This document shows, one piece after another, positions 20,375 to 29,968 of a stretch of DNA of 64,000 nt (position 1 is the first letter of the stretch; each line of letters begins with the position of its first letter). Made by a program: the position numbers and the translations under genes. The notes beneath the pieces were generated by a model. The model worked only from the letters and a program-made list of their open reading frames with translations, had not been told where the DNA came from and ran no database searches. The stretch covers positions 66,823-130,822 of the forward strand of contig JALNZD010000001.1 of NCBI GenBank assembly GCA_023229505.1, written 5' to 3'. The stretch comes from Bacteroidales bacterium (GTDB taxonomy: Bacteria > Bacteroidota > Bacteroidia > Bacteroidales > JAGOPY01).

Positions 20375-22423
20375 ATGGCAGAGGAGAATTTTAATTCACA
20401 GGATAAAGGGGGGAGTAATTTACCAAAAGGTAAAAATACCAGGGCTAAATTCAGTTTCTACTGGATTTATGCCGGTTTACTTTTAGTTTTTATGCTGACT
20501 TATATTGTCAACTGGGAAGGAGGGGCAGCTAAAAAGACTACCTGGGGCGAAGTGAAGGAGATGCTGGAAAATGGTGATATCAGCCGCATCCTTCTGGTCA
20601 ACAAGGAATCGGCAGAAATTTTCCTTAAGCCGGAAAAGATTGATGATCCCAGGTACAAGGAAATAAAAGAGAAGGTCCCTGCCAAAGGGCCTCATTTCAC
20701 GTACAACATCACTTCTCCTGAAAGTTTTGAGAGGCTGGTGATGGAAGCCCAGAAGGACATTGCTGATCCGGTATATATTGAGAACGATGTAAGGCGCAAC
20801 TGGACCGGAGATATTCTGGGATGGGTTGTTCCTGTTGCCATCCTGGTCATTGTCTGGCTGGTTATCATGAGGATGATGAGCCGCAATGCCGGTGGTGCCG
20901 GAGGTCAGATCTTCAACATCGGTAAATCGAAAGCACAATTATTTGATAAGACCACCAGTGTAAGCATTAATTTTAATGATGTGGCAGGGCTTGAGGAAGC
21001 CAAGGTGGAGGTTAAAGAAGTGGTGGATTTTTTAAAGAACCCTTCAAAATATACGGGATTGGGTGGTAAAATTCCCAAGGGAGTCCTTTTGGTAGGTCCT
21101 CCGGGAACCGGAAAGACCTTGCTGGCAAAAGCCGTTGCGGGTGAGGCCCAGGTTCCGTTCTTTTCCCTTTCAGGCTCCGATTTTGTGGAAATGTTTGTGG
21201 GTGTGGGCGCTTCGAGGGTCAGGGACCTTTTTAAGCAAGCTAAAGAAAAAGCCCCCTGCATTGTATTCATCGATGAAATTGATGCCATCGGGCGTGCCAG
21301 GGGAAAGAACCAGATCACCGGCGCCAATGATGAGCGGGAAAGCACGCTGAACCAACTGCTCACCGAGATGGATGGTTTCAGCACTAACTCCGGGGTCATC
21401 ATCATGGCGGCGACAAACCGGGCCGATATCCTTGACAGGGCATTGCTCCGTGCCGGCCGCTTCGATCGTCAGATCAACGTAGAACTACCCGATCTCGAAG
21501 AACGAAGGGCAATTTTCAAAGTGCACACCAAGAACCTGAAATACGACAAGGAAAATGTCGACATGGAATGGCTGGCCAGGCAGACACCCGGTTTTTCCGG
21601 CGCAGACATTGCTAATGTTGCTAATGAATCGGCCCTGATAGCCGCCAGAAACGACAAGAAAATCATCGAAAAGCAGGATTTTGTGGATGCCATCGACCGG
21701 ATTATCGGTGGACTGGAACGACGAAGCAAGATTATTTCACAGGAGGAAAAGCAGGTGATCGCATTCCACGAATCCGGGCATGCATCGGTCAGCTGGTTGC
21801 TGCCGCACGCGCATCCATTAGTCAAAGTGACCATTGTCCCCCGCGGAAAAGCATTGGGCGCAGCGTGGTACCTGCCTGAAGAGAGGCAGCTCACGACTTT
21901 CGAACAGATGTTTGATGAAATGACCGCTACATTAGGCGGCAGGGCAGCGGAAGAGATCATATTCGGGAAGGTTTCAACCGGAGCCCTGAATGACCTGGAA
22001 AGGGTAACCAAACAGGCTTACAATATGGTCGTATTCTTCGGACTGAACGATAAGATCGGCAATATCAGCTATTATGATTCCACGGGGCAGCAGGAATATG
22101 CATTCCAAAAGCCTTACAGTGAAAAAACAGCGGAAGTTATTGACCATGAAATTGGAAAACTGGTCGACCAGGCCTATCGCAGAGCCGTGGAAATCCTTAG
22201 AATTAACAGGGACAAACTCGAGCATCTGGCCCGAATGCTGCTCGAAAAAGAAGTGATATTCGGCGAAGACCTGGAGCCCATCTTCGGGAAAAAGATGAAG
22301 CAGGCGGGGCATGAGATCGTTTTGATCAATATCAAATCAAACGGGAATAATACCATGTCTGAAAAAGCCGAAGATAAAACTCCAAAGAAAAGGGGCAGGA
22401 AGCCGAAGGCAGACAGAGTATAG
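20375..22423 (+). CDS. ftsH: ATP-dependent zinc metalloprotease FtsH
   Basis: [18 protein letters not shown] Walker [10 protein letters not shown] Walker B, SRH region [19 protein letters not shown], zinc site HESGHA. Confidence 0.97.
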   Translation: MAEENFNSQDKGGSNLPKGKNTRAKFSFYWIYAGLLLVFMLTYIVNWEGGAAKKTTWGEVKEMLENGDISRILLVNKESAEIFLKPEKIDDPRYKEIKEKVPAKGPHFTYNITSPESFERLVMEAQKDIADPVYIENDVRRNWTGDILGWVVPVAILVIVWLVIMRMMSRNAGGAGGQIFNIGKSKAQLFDKTTSVSINFNDVAGLEEAKVEVKEVVDFLKNPSKYTGLGGKIPKGVLLVGPPGTGKTLLAKAVAGEAQVPFFSLSGSDFVEMFVGVGASRVRDLFKQAKEKAPCIVFIDEIDAIGRARGKNQITGANDERESTLNQLLTEMDGFSTNSGVIIMAATNRADILDRALLRAGRFDRQINVELPDLEERRAIFKVHTKNLKYDKENVDMEWLARQTPGFSGADIANVANESALIAARNDKKIIEKQDFVDAIDRIIGGLERRSKIISQEEKQVIAFHESGHASVSWLLPHAHPLVKVTIVPRGKALGAAWYLPEERQLTTFEQMFDEMTATLGGRAAEEIIFGKVSTGALNDLERVTKQAYNMVVFFGLNDKIGNISYYDSTGQQEYAFQKPYSEKTAEVIDHEIGKLVDQAYRRAVEILRINRDKLEHLARMLLEKEVIFGEDLEPIFGKKMKQAGHEIVLINIKSNGNNTMSEKAEDKTPKKRGRKPKADRV

Positions 22424-22495
22424 TCGTCAGTCGTTAGTCGTTAGTGGTTGGTCATTAGGTAGTCAGAAGGTTGTCAGAAGGTAGTCATTAAGAAT
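22421..22495 (+). repeat. 7-nt then 11-nt tandem array starting at the ftsH stop codon
   Basis: tagtcgt cagtcgt tagtcgt tagtggt tggtcat taggtag, then gtagtcagaag gttgtcagaag gtagtcattaag. The core GGTCATTAGGTAGTCA (22450..22465) is the inverted partner (15/16) of 25771..25786. Confidence 0.65.
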
Positions 22496-22652
22496 TTGGC
22501 CCGTCAGGGACAAATGAAAATAGTCCCGGACAAGCCGCCCGTGGATAATAGATCGACCCTTTAAAACAAGTCCCATACGGCCCACAGGACTTGCAAAATA
22601 TTTGAACCTCCTCTTCCTTGTGTAATCTCTGTGAAGTATGCAGATCATCTAT

Positions 22653-22686
22653 AGAAAACCACTTAAATTTTTTCTAGTGGTTTTCT
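22653..22686. other. 11-bp perfect hairpin in an intergenic region
   Basis: AGAAAACCACT (22653..22663) pairs with AGTGGTTTTCT (22676..22686) across a 12-nt loop. No flanking T-run on either strand. Confidence 0.5.
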
Positions 22687-22865
22687 GCTATGGATTTCAC
22701 TTTAAAATAGATTATCATTGGGGGCATGAAGGATGAACTAACATATTTAAGATATATAAGGTTAGATCCAAAATCGCTGTACCCTCCATAAATGTACATT
22801 TCCTTTGCTGCACAAGACTTCTTAGTTTATAAACCCTTTAATTTAATCTTGTTAGGTTAATTCCC

Positions 22866-22942
22866 CGCCCCTTGGGGCGAAAGTATTCTAACTGACGGGT
22901 TAACCCGTCAGTTAAACAGATACCCCGCTGCTTGCGGCGGGG
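22866..22942. repeat. cluster of three GC-rich hairpins, including a 26-nt perfect palindrome
   Basis: CGCCCC-tt-GGGGCG (22866..22879); the perfect palindrome TAACTGACGGGTTAACCCGTCAGTTA (22889..22914); CCCCGC-N8-GCGGGG (22923..22942). They are separated by 8-10 nt AT-rich linkers and sit just upstream of the lipoprotein gene. Confidence 0.55.
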
Positions 22943-22957
22943 AGTTTCATTGACAAA

Positions 22958-24049
22958 ATGAAAAAAGTGATTTTTATTATAGCAATTATTTTATCTTTTA
23001 TTGTCGTAATTTTAAGCTGTAAAAAACAGCATGATGATTCAAAAGTTAATCCGATCAACCAGGTGAACCAGACCAACCAAAACATAGAACAGCGGATACT
23101 TACATTCAAATCGGAGATTGAAAACAGGCTGAAAAGTGGGAGCAGTTACCCGATAGATACAGCAGTTCGGTACACTGAAGCTTTGATAAATTATACTTAT
23201 GGAGATGTAGCCAATAATCTCCAAGGATTGGATATTGATTCCGTATTTATTGATGTTGATTTAACCGGCGGAAAGGTAACGCCTGCTGAAGCTGCATCTG
23301 TTTATGACGAGATTATTGACAGCCTGACTGTTCAATATCAGAATCTTCCTTCACAAAATCTTCATCTGATTTTCGCGGATGTTTTCAGAAGGGACTCTAT
23401 TTCAGGAAGTGTTACTTTCGGTGTAATCTCGGCATTCGGATATGTCTCGCCAATTAATTATGGTCGTTTTGGAGATGAGGATTGGTGGATGTTTGGGTTG
23501 GGGTGGTGTAATTCTGGGGGATACTGCGATGGCCCATACGAAGGAACACATACTAATAGTGATGCAGCCGAACAAATTGAATATAGAATCAGAGTAAATA
23601 TTGGTGTCCCTGGTCTAAGGCATTACTCTACTGATGTAGTAACGTTAGATATATGGCCTGATGGTCTTGTCCATTATTATGGAGACCCCCCTAATGGTAT
23701 TCCTCCCCAAAATTATTATTGTGATTTTCTTAATTACGAAGATGAAACTACCGAAGACAATTATTATGACTATTTGTGTTTTGTCAATTACTATGCATTA
23801 CCAAATTTTCATGATTGTCTCTGTCCTGATGAAATGAATTTCTACCTGCATGGTGAAGAATCTGTTTGTACCGATCTTATATTCGAATGTGATGATTTGG
23901 GGGATTTAATTGAAGACAAAGTTTTCATGTCCATTAATAATGAGGGAAGCATTTATTACGGATTTCCAAATTACAGTTATGTTCACATTATGACCAATAC
24001 ATATGGTTTATGGGTTGTTGACACAAATCAACCGGGAACTTTTAATTAA
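22958..24049 (+). CDS. hypothetical lipoprotein with a Cys/aromatic-rich C-terminal half
   Basis: Signal peptide with lipobox (IVVILSC at the N-terminus). Visibly AT-rich coding sequence. No family recognised. Confidence 0.7.
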   Translation: MKKVIFIIAIILSFIVVILSCKKQHDDSKVNPINQVNQTNQNIEQRILTFKSEIENRLKSGSSYPIDTAVRYTEALINYTYGDVANNLQGLDIDSVFIDVDLTGGKVTPAEAASVYDEIIDSLTVQYQNLPSQNLHLIFADVFRRDSISGSVTFGVISAFGYVSPINYGRFGDEDWWMFGLGWCNSGGYCDGPYEGTHTNSDAAEQIEYRIRVNIGVPGLRHYSTDVVTLDIWPDGLVHYYGDPPNGIPPQNYYCDFLNYEDETTEDNYYDYLCFVNYYALPNFHDCLCPDEMNFYLHGEESVCTDLIFECDDLGDLIEDKVFMSINNEGSIYYGFPNYSYVHIMTNTYGLWVVDTNQPGTFN

Positions 24050-24059
24050 TTAACTTATT

Positions 24060-24097
24060 GCAGGATGCATTAATATAAATGCATCCTGCTGTTTTAT
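24060..24097 (+). terminator. rho-independent terminator
   Basis: The 12-bp stem GCAGGATGCATT (24060..24071) pairs with AATGCATCCTGC (24078..24089) across a 6-nt loop, followed by TGTTTTATT. Confidence 0.75.
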
Positions 24098-24107
24098 TAA
24101 AATTCTT

Positions 24108-25541
24108 ATGAAGAAAGATTTTATAATTTTTGGATTATTAATGAGTATGTTTTTTACATACGGCCAATCTACCTATGAATTTCTTTATCAAAGTCCTTTA
24201 AATGAAATTTCAAGAAGCCTGAATGAAGATGAACAAGGAAACATCTATTTTTCGGTTGAAAACTTTCAATATGCTTTGATTATCAAACTTGATCATGATG
24301 GATCTTTTCTAGACTCCATCAGTATATATAACCATGAAGGCACTTGTAACCTTGCAGAGTTGATTAAAATTGATGATGATTATTTTGTGGCTTTAGGTAA
24401 TTGGACCATTGATACGGTTTCTGAATTATGGTTTGTGAAATTTAATCACGAATTACAAATTATTGATGATAAGAAATTGATTTCCAACAGCCTTAAAATT
24501 TATAATTTCCATCATATCATCAGAAGTAATGGTAATATTGTTTTTATAGCCCACTACCAACCTGGATCTTCTCCCGCTGAATATAAGGTCTGTATTTATG
24601 AATTGACACCCGAAGGAGATTTGGTCAGATATAAATTTTTTAATCAAGCATATTCATTTAACATTGCTTCGACAATTATTGAGGATTCTTCAAATTTTTG
24701 TTATAAATTATTTTCTCTTTTGCCCGTTTCATATAGAATGTCATGCAATATCAGTTATATTGATACTTCTTTTAATGTAACTGATTCTTTAGTCCTTTCT
24801 GGTGGCATTATTAGGGATCAAAATACGGCTAAATGGATCAATGACTCGATTTATCTTCTGACCGGAAGGTCATTCGATCCCTCCCAAGATGAATTCGATA
24901 TCGGAATTCTGAAAATGACTGCCAATGATTCTTTACTTAACGCAGCATATTTTGGAAAAACTGATACTGTGGATTATACAGGTCTATATAAAAATCTAGA
25001 CTTTATTTCAAAAGGTAACATTTTTTTCTCTGGAGAATCCAATATTAAACAATATTTTCAAACCGAGCCTTCATGGATCATGTTAAATATCCTTGATTCG
25101 AATCTGAACCTTAAAAACCAGCGGTTTTATGGAGGGGATGCATTTTACCTGGTGAATGCCATACTGGCCACACAGGACAGTGGATGTGTGCTGTCGTGTT
25201 CACGCTACGATTACTTAACCCAGAACGAAGAGTTCGATATCTATATTCTCAAGGTTAATCAGGATGGATTGCTGGTTTCAACCACTGAAAATCCAATTAT
25301 AAATAGTAACGCATGTTTTATTTATCCTAATCCGGGGAATGAGACATTAAATATTAATTCACCAATAGATCGGTCACAAATTCAGCTTTTTGACCTGACC
25401 GGAAGATTGGAATGTGAAGCTGAACTTTCGGCAGGCACCAATTCGATACCTGTTTCCAGCTTACCTGCCGGAATTTATCTTTACCGGATATTTGACCATA
25501 AAAGCCAGATAATCCAATCGGGGAAATGGATCAAACTGTAA
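24108..25541 (+). CDS. hypothetical secreted protein with a T9SS C-terminal sorting domain
   Basis: Signal peptide MKKDFIIFGLLMSMFFTYGQ. C-terminus FIYPNPGNETLNI...LPAGIYLYRIFD...GKWIKL is typical of the T9SS CTD. AT-rich. Confidence 0.8.
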   Translation: MKKDFIIFGLLMSMFFTYGQSTYEFLYQSPLNEISRSLNEDEQGNIYFSVENFQYALIIKLDHDGSFLDSISIYNHEGTCNLAELIKIDDDYFVALGNWTIDTVSELWFVKFNHELQIIDDKKLISNSLKIYNFHHIIRSNGNIVFIAHYQPGSSPAEYKVCIYELTPEGDLVRYKFFNQAYSFNIASTIIEDSSNFCYKLFSLLPVSYRMSCNISYIDTSFNVTDSLVLSGGIIRDQNTAKWINDSIYLLTGRSFDPSQDEFDIGILKMTANDSLLNAAYFGKTDTVDYTGLYKNLDFISKGNIFFSGESNIKQYFQTEPSWIMLNILDSNLNLKNQRFYGGDAFYLVNAILATQDSGCVLSCSRYDYLTQNEEFDIYILKVNQDGLLVSTTENPIINSNACFIYPNPGNETLNINSPIDRSQIQLFDLTGRLECEAELSAGTNSIPVSSLPAGIYLYRIFDHKSQIIQSGKWIKL

Positions 25542-25649
25542 GGATTTGTTTCAAATATTCCCACCCTTTAATCCCCTCCCATGCCATCATTTATAATAAA
25601 AGCTCTGGTTGTGCAGGGAGGGGAAACATTATCCTATCCGCATATTTTT

Positions 25650-25725
25650 CCCCGGAATGAATTCCGGGGCTATTTTCAAGGCACTCCTATGGAGTGCAAG
25701 AGGATTGAGCATTCATAGTGCTCAA
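25650..25725. repeat. cluster of three short GC-rich hairpins
   Basis: CCCCGGAAT-ga-ATTCCGGGG (25650..25669); GCACTCC-tat-GGAGTGC (25681..25697); TTGAGCA-N7-TGCTCAA (25705..25725). The layout matches the cluster at 22866..22942. Confidence 0.5.
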
Positions 25726-25756
25726 TTGCAATTGAACAATCGAGCAATTGAACAAT

Positions 25757-25801
25757 GTATGACCACTTTATGACCACCTAATGACCACTTTCTGACCATT
25801 T
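25757..25801 (+). repeat. four 11-nt tandem units (tATGACCACtt)
   Basis: tatgaccactt tatgaccacct aatgaccactt tctgaccattt. It is the reverse complement of the array at 22450..22495. It is preceded by the direct repeat GCAATTGAACAAT x2 (about 25727..25756). Confidence 0.65.
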
Positions 25802-25844
25802 CTTCCTAAAAATCAGTCCTTGAACAGCAGTAGTTCAAATTTTC

Positions 25845-25852
25845 TATCTTTG
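25845..25852 (+). promoter_or_regulatory. candidate -7 box TAnnTTTG upstream of the LUD-domain gene
   Basis: TATCTTTG ends 8 nt before the ATG at 25861, which would imply a very short leader. Confidence 0.25.
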
Positions 25853-25860
25853 TATTGATT

Positions 25861-26505
25861 ATGGAAGAAAGCACTTCAAAAGAAAAGGTATTAAAATACA
25901 TTAGGGAGGCTCTCATTTCAAAGACTGATCAGCCATTTCCAAAGATCGACTATGAAAAGCCGGTATTCAGTGAAATGGAAGAATCTTTTGATATCAATTT
26001 CGCACAGGAATTGACTGCTGCCGGCGGAATGTTCATTTATTGTGAGAGTGAGGCGGAAGTCATCAATGGCCTCAGGTTCCTGATGCACGACCGGAAGTGG
26101 GACAATATTTTCGCACTTGAGCCAAAGATTATCGAGCTCCTGAATAAAGGGCAAATTACCTGCCTGTCTGATCACGATCAAATAACCCAGTCGCATGTGG
26201 GGATGACCGGATGCGAATCCCTCGTAGCAAGGCTGGGCAGCGTCATGGTGTCGACCGGGCAAATGGCCGGCCGGCAAATCTTTATCTATCCGGAAATCCA
26301 TATCGTTTTAGCACAGGCATCGCAACTGGTTGGTGACCTGAAGGATGCCCTGCTCAAATTAAGAAAAAAGTACGAACAACGGATGCCTTCGATGGTCACT
26401 CTTATCACGGGCCCCAGCCGTACGGCCGATATTGAAAAAACATTGGTCATGGGGGCTCACGGACCGAAAGAATTATATGTCTTCCTTCTGGAAGACCGGC
26501 TTTAA
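25861..26505 (+). CDS. LUD domain (LutC/YkgG-like) protein
   Basis: About 214 aa. GMTGCESLVARLGSVMVS...IHIVLAQASQLV...ITGPSRTADIE matches the LUD/DUF162 pattern. The ORF is open from the TTG at 25855. Confidence 0.8.
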   Translation: MEESTSKEKVLKYIREALISKTDQPFPKIDYEKPVFSEMEESFDINFAQELTAAGGMFIYCESEAEVINGLRFLMHDRKWDNIFALEPKIIELLNKGQITCLSDHDQITQSHVGMTGCESLVARLGSVMVSTGQMAGRQIFIYPEIHIVLAQASQLVGDLKDALLKLRKKYEQRMPSMVTLITGPSRTADIEKTLVMGAHGPKELYVFLLEDRL

Positions 26506-26517
26506 ATTAATTACTGC

Positions 26518-27339
26518 GTGCAAAACCTATACACGAGGACCATTACCGGCATTTTTCTTACAGCCCTGATCATCGGCTCTCTTCTGCTGCATCCGTTGGC
26601 TCTTGTTGTTGTGATCTTTGTTCTGATGATGGTCGGTTTGTACGAGTTTTACCGACTGGCCGGTTTTCATGAAATACACCCGCAACGGGTTTTGGGCTTC
26701 GCGGTCGGGGCCATCATGTACATCATCGTGGCTCTTACCGCCCTCGGGATAGTTTCAGCCTGGTACCTGGCCTTTCTTCCTCCTCTGTTCTTTGTTTTTT
26801 TTATTGCGGAATTGTTCCGGACGAAGCCAAATTCATTGTTAAATATAGCTTTCAGCATTTTCCCTGTCGCCTATATTTCCATCCCTTTTGCCATGATGAT
26901 TTTCTTAATGAACCCTGTGGTTATCGGTGACCATCCTTACTGGCATATACTTTTCAGCTTATTAATCATCCAGGGGGGCTATGACACTTTTGCTTATCTG
27001 GTTGGAATAGCGATAGGGAAACATAAACTATTCGAAAAAATTTCACCGAAGAAAACCTGGGAAGGCACTATCGGAGGAACATGCTTCGGCCTGCTTGCGG
27101 CCTTCATATTGTCCCTGTTCTTCAAAGAGCTTACAACCTGGCAATGGCTTGTTGCAGCATTGATTATCAATATTTCCGGCACCTTCGGTGATTTATCGGA
27201 ATCAATGCTGAAACGAAAGTTCAATGTCAAGGATTCCGGAGATTTCTTTCCCGGCCATGGCGGTGTACTCGACCGGTTTGATGCAGCTATATTTGCAGCA
27301 CCGGTATTATTTTGTTATCTTTTATTGCTCAACCTATGA
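26518..27339 (+). CDS. cdsA: phosphatidate cytidylyltransferase
   Basis: Polytopic. C-terminal signature SPKKTWEGTIGG...GDLSESMLKRKFNVKDSG.FFPGHGGVLDRFD. GTG start. Confidence 0.88.
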   Translation: MQNLYTRTITGIFLTALIIGSLLLHPLALVVVIFVLMMVGLYEFYRLAGFHEIHPQRVLGFAVGAIMYIIVALTALGIVSAWYLAFLPPLFFVFFIAELFRTKPNSLLNIAFSIFPVAYISIPFAMMIFLMNPVVIGDHPYWHILFSLLIIQGGYDTFAYLVGIAIGKHKLFEKISPKKTWEGTIGGTCFGLLAAFILSLFFKELTTWQWLVAALIINISGTFGDLSESMLKRKFNVKDSGDFFPGHGGVLDRFDAAIFAAPVLFCYLLLLNL

Positions 27340-28022
27340 GACTTCATCATAAAGGATACATACCCCTTCTTGTCATGCTGGCACTCCTGTTGTGCATGGT
27401 CTGGCTGATAAACCTGGTTTTTCCGGTGCAAAGTACCATACATTACATATTGTACTGTGCGGGCGTTATTTTTTATTTCCTGTGCATCCGGTTTTTCAGG
27501 CGACCATACAGAGAAGTTTTACCTGACCCTGAACAAATCTTAAGTGCTGCCGATGGCCATGTTGTTGTGATAGAAGAGATTCAAGAAACGGAGTATTTTC
27601 ATGACCGGCGAATGCAGGTTTCCATTTTCATGTCGCCCCTTGATGTACATGTAAACTGGTATCCTGTCAGCGGGGAGATCATTCACACAAAATATCACCA
27701 TGGTTCCCACATTCCGGCATACCGGCCAAAAGCCAGCATGAAGAATGAGCGCATGTCGATCGTGATAGAAAATGAACATGGCAAACCGGTCATGATGACA
27801 CAGATTGCCGGTATCATGGCCAGGCGGGTATTCACCACCGCCAGGCCGGGGAGTTATGTTTTCCAGGGAGAAGAAGCAGGTATCATCAAGTTCGGCTCCA
27901 GGGTCGATATCATTCTTCCAAAAGATAGCGAGATCGTGGTTAAGTTAGGCCAGAAAGTTAGTGCATGTAAGACTATCATAGCGAGATTTCCCGATAAAAA
28001 CCTATTTTTGCAAAAATCTTAA
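27336..28022 (+). CDS. psd: phosphatidylserine decarboxylase family protein (short form)
   Basis: N-terminal TM segment. FGSRVD near the C-terminus resembles the G-S self-cleavage site. The ATG at 27336 overlaps the cdsA stop (ATGA). The ORF is open from 27312. Confidence 0.8.
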   Translation: MRLHHKGYIPLLVMLALLLCMVWLINLVFPVQSTIHYILYCAGVIFYFLCIRFFRRPYREVLPDPEQILSAADGHVVVIEEIQETEYFHDRRMQVSIFMSPLDVHVNWYPVSGEIIHTKYHHGSHIPAYRPKASMKNERMSIVIENEHGKPVMMTQIAGIMARRVFTTARPGSYVFQGEEAGIIKFGSRVDIILPKDSEIVVKLGQKVSACKTIIARFPDKNLFLQKS

Positions 28023-28034
28023 AGTGACACTGTT

Positions 28035-28598
28035 ATGACTGAGGAATCCGAATTTCTACTTCAGGAAACAGAAGACCAGATGAACAAATCAGTTCAATTC
28101 CTGGAAAAAGAATTGCACAAGCTTCGCGCGGGAAAGGCCACACCCCAGATGCTTGAAGGGATCAGGATCAACTACTACGACGTGGTAACTCCCATTGAAC
28201 AATTGGCAAACATTACAACACCGGATGCAAGACAGATCATTATTCAGCCATGGGATAAAAGTATCATTCATGATATCGACAAAGCCATCATGACCGCGAA
28301 CCTGGGCCTGAATCCCAAAAATGAAGGGGAAGTGTTACGGATCCAGGTGCCACCGCTGACAGAAGAGCGGCGACGTGATCTCGTCAAGAAAGCTAAATCT
28401 GAAGCGGAAAATGCCAAGATAAGCATCCGCAACATCAGGCGTTCGTCGAATGATATGGCCAAAGACCTTGAAAAAGAAGGGGTAGCTGAAGATGAAGTAA
28501 AGAAGTTGCAGGAAGATATCCAGAAACTCACCGTCAAGTATATCGAAGTAGTCGATAAAATTGTTGTTCAGAAAGAAAAAGACATTATGACGGTTTAG
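28035..28598 (+). CDS. frr: ribosome recycling factor
   Basis: 187 aa. KLRAGKATPQMLEGIRINYYD...LTEERRRDLVKKAK...IRNIRR is canonical for Frr. Confidence 0.95.
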   Translation: MTEESEFLLQETEDQMNKSVQFLEKELHKLRAGKATPQMLEGIRINYYDVVTPIEQLANITTPDARQIIIQPWDKSIIHDIDKAIMTANLGLNPKNEGEVLRIQVPPLTEERRRDLVKKAKSEAENAKISIRNIRRSSNDMAKDLEKEGVAEDEVKKLQEDIQKLTVKYIEVVDKIVVQKEKDIMTV

Positions 28599-28613
28599 AT
28601 ATTGTTTTTGACA

Positions 28614-28697
28614 CTGACAGGTCCGCCAAAGGCGGACGCCGTCAGATAAATTAACTTTTCACCTGTCAACGTGCGAAGCATTTGACAGCGTGAAAAG
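28614..28697. terminator. two long hairpins between convergent frr and the radical SAM gene (probable bidirectional terminator or REP-like pair)
   Basis: CTGACAGGTCCGCC-aaa-GGCGGACGCCGTCAG (28614..28645) and CTTTTCACCTGTCAA...TTGACAGCGTGAAAAG (28655..28697). Confidence 0.55.
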
Positions 28698-28705
28698 ACC
28701 CAAGG

Positions 28706-29713
28706 TTATTTTTCTGTACAATTCCTGCAAATATCGATTTCATTCCTGGCGGAGAACAATTTCTTTCTGAAGTTATCATAGGCTTCACCCCGCCAGATCT
28801 CCTGAAAACTCTGCTTTTTCAGATCCCCTAAACGGTGGGTGGCATCCTTATCAAAGCAGCAGGGAACTACGAGTCCATCCCATGTAATCACACAGCCCCG
28901 CCACATTCTAAGGCAATGATTATACAGGGGATTATCTATAATATACTTGCCGTCACCCTTCTTTTTGTATCTCGAAAAAGATTCATTAACGGGAATAAGC
29001 GGATTTCCCTCCTCGTAGTTATAGACCTGGGCAGATTTAAGCTCAAGTTTGTCTACTCCTATTTCCTTTGCCAGCTCACGCAGTGCAGGAATCTGGTGCT
29101 CATTGGTTCGAAAAACAATGAACTGAAGAATGATATAAGGAGTTGCCGAATGAAGCTCTTTTTTCCACTTCACCAGGTTTCGGGTACATTCCAGAACTTT
29201 ATCAAATGACCCCCCTACCCTGTATTTCTCATAGGTTATCTGGTCCAGGCCATCAAGAGAGATGATGATCCGGTCCAGGCCCGACTCGACGGTTTTTTTT
29301 GCCAGGTGGTCGGTCAGGAAATGTGCATTTGTGGAAGTGGCAGTGTAAATCTTCTTTTTCCGGGCATATTCCGCCATGTGAAAGAAAAGCGGATGAAGAT
29401 AAGGCTCTCCCTGGAAATACAGGATCAGGTAAAACAGGTCCGGGTGAAGCTGGTCGATGACCTCATGGTACATTTCAAGCGAGATCTTCCCGGTATCACG
29501 TGTGAACTTTCTAAGGCCCGACGGACACTCGGGACATCTCAGGTTGCAGGAGGTCGTCGGCTCCACGGAAATGGTAAACGGATTTCCCCAATGCCTCATT
29601 TTACCTGTAAAGCGGCTCAGGTAATAACTGGAAAAAAGTTTGACCAGGTTAATCAATCTCCCAGGTGTTATCCGCATCAGGAGGCTAAGGCTATCTTTAA
29701 GCTGAGCAGGCAA
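28706..29713 (-). CDS. radical SAM/SPASM domain protein
   Basis: CNLRCPECP (Cx3Cx2C) cluster near residue 55. Cys-rich C-terminus CLRMWRGCVITWDGLVVPCCFD...ICRNC is typical of SPASM/twitch auxiliary clusters. Confidence 0.85.
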   Translation of the reverse strand: MPAQLKDSLSLLMRITPGRLINLVKLFSSYYLSRFTGKMRHWGNPFTISVEPTTSCNLRCPECPSGLRKFTRDTGKISLEMYHEVIDQLHPDLFYLILYFQGEPYLHPLFFHMAEYARKKKIYTATSTNAHFLTDHLAKKTVESGLDRIIISLDGLDQITYEKYRVGGSFDKVLECTRNLVKWKKELHSATPYIILQFIVFRTNEHQIPALRELAKEIGVDKLELKSAQVYNYEEGNPLIPVNESFSRYKKKGDGKYIIDNPLYNHCLRMWRGCVITWDGLVVPCCFDKDATHRLGDLKKQSFQEIWRGEAYDNFRKKLFSARNEIDICRNCTEK

Positions 29714-29722
29714 TGGAAATTG

Positions 29723-29968
29723 TTATTTCTTTCGTTTGCGCCTGATCCGGTCGGTCAGCAGCGAAACAGCCATAATTCCCAGCTTGAAAGCAAGTCCGGA
29801 TCCGCCAAACAAATTTTCAAGGATACGGTTTTTAATCGCAGGACCGGTCAGGTTACCAGTTAATTCCCTGAAGCTGGATTTGATCTTCAGCTCTTGTTCC
29901 AGAATCCGTAGCTTCTGGCGTGCCTTTATTAGCTCGATTTCCTGGAAATCCTTCCTATTCTTTTTCAT
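29723..29968 (-). CDS. small hypothetical protein (coiled-coil plus one hydrophobic segment; YqjK-like position)
   Basis: 81 aa. Overlaps the upstream holin-like gene by 14 nt. Ends in a basic tail, RIRRKRKK. Confidence 0.5.
   Translation of the reverse strand: MKKNRKDFQEIELIKARQKLRILEQELKIKSSFRELTGNLTGPAIKNRILENLFGGSGLAFKLGIMAVSLLTDRIRRKRKK

Noticed and set aside
20483-22312. Long antisense ORFs inside ftsH, and likewise inside secA, cusA, purD/GT4 (46777..47668), the aldehyde dehydrogenase (35179..35814), the T9SS gene, and 66..335
   Set aside because: Each overlaps a strongly recognisable gene on the other strand and shows no recognisable motifs. They are typical shadow ORFs.
22463-22648. 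61-aa minus-strand ORF, or a possible ncRNA, in the 534-nt ftsH-lipoprotein spacer
   Set aside because: There is no start context or recognisable fold. I also could not recognise tRNA, tmRNA, SRP, 6S or RNase P signatures here or in the other long spacers (25542..25854, 42836..43192, 49220..49975). It remains unexplained rather than annotated.
28599-28705. 27-codon minus-strand ORF (MLRTLTGEKLIYLTASAFGGPVSVKNNI) downstream of the radical SAM/SPASM gene as a RiPP precursor
   Set aside because: It lies entirely within the two terminator-like hairpins shared with convergent frr, has no Cys residues for a SPASM enzyme to crosslink, and has no ribosome-binding context.
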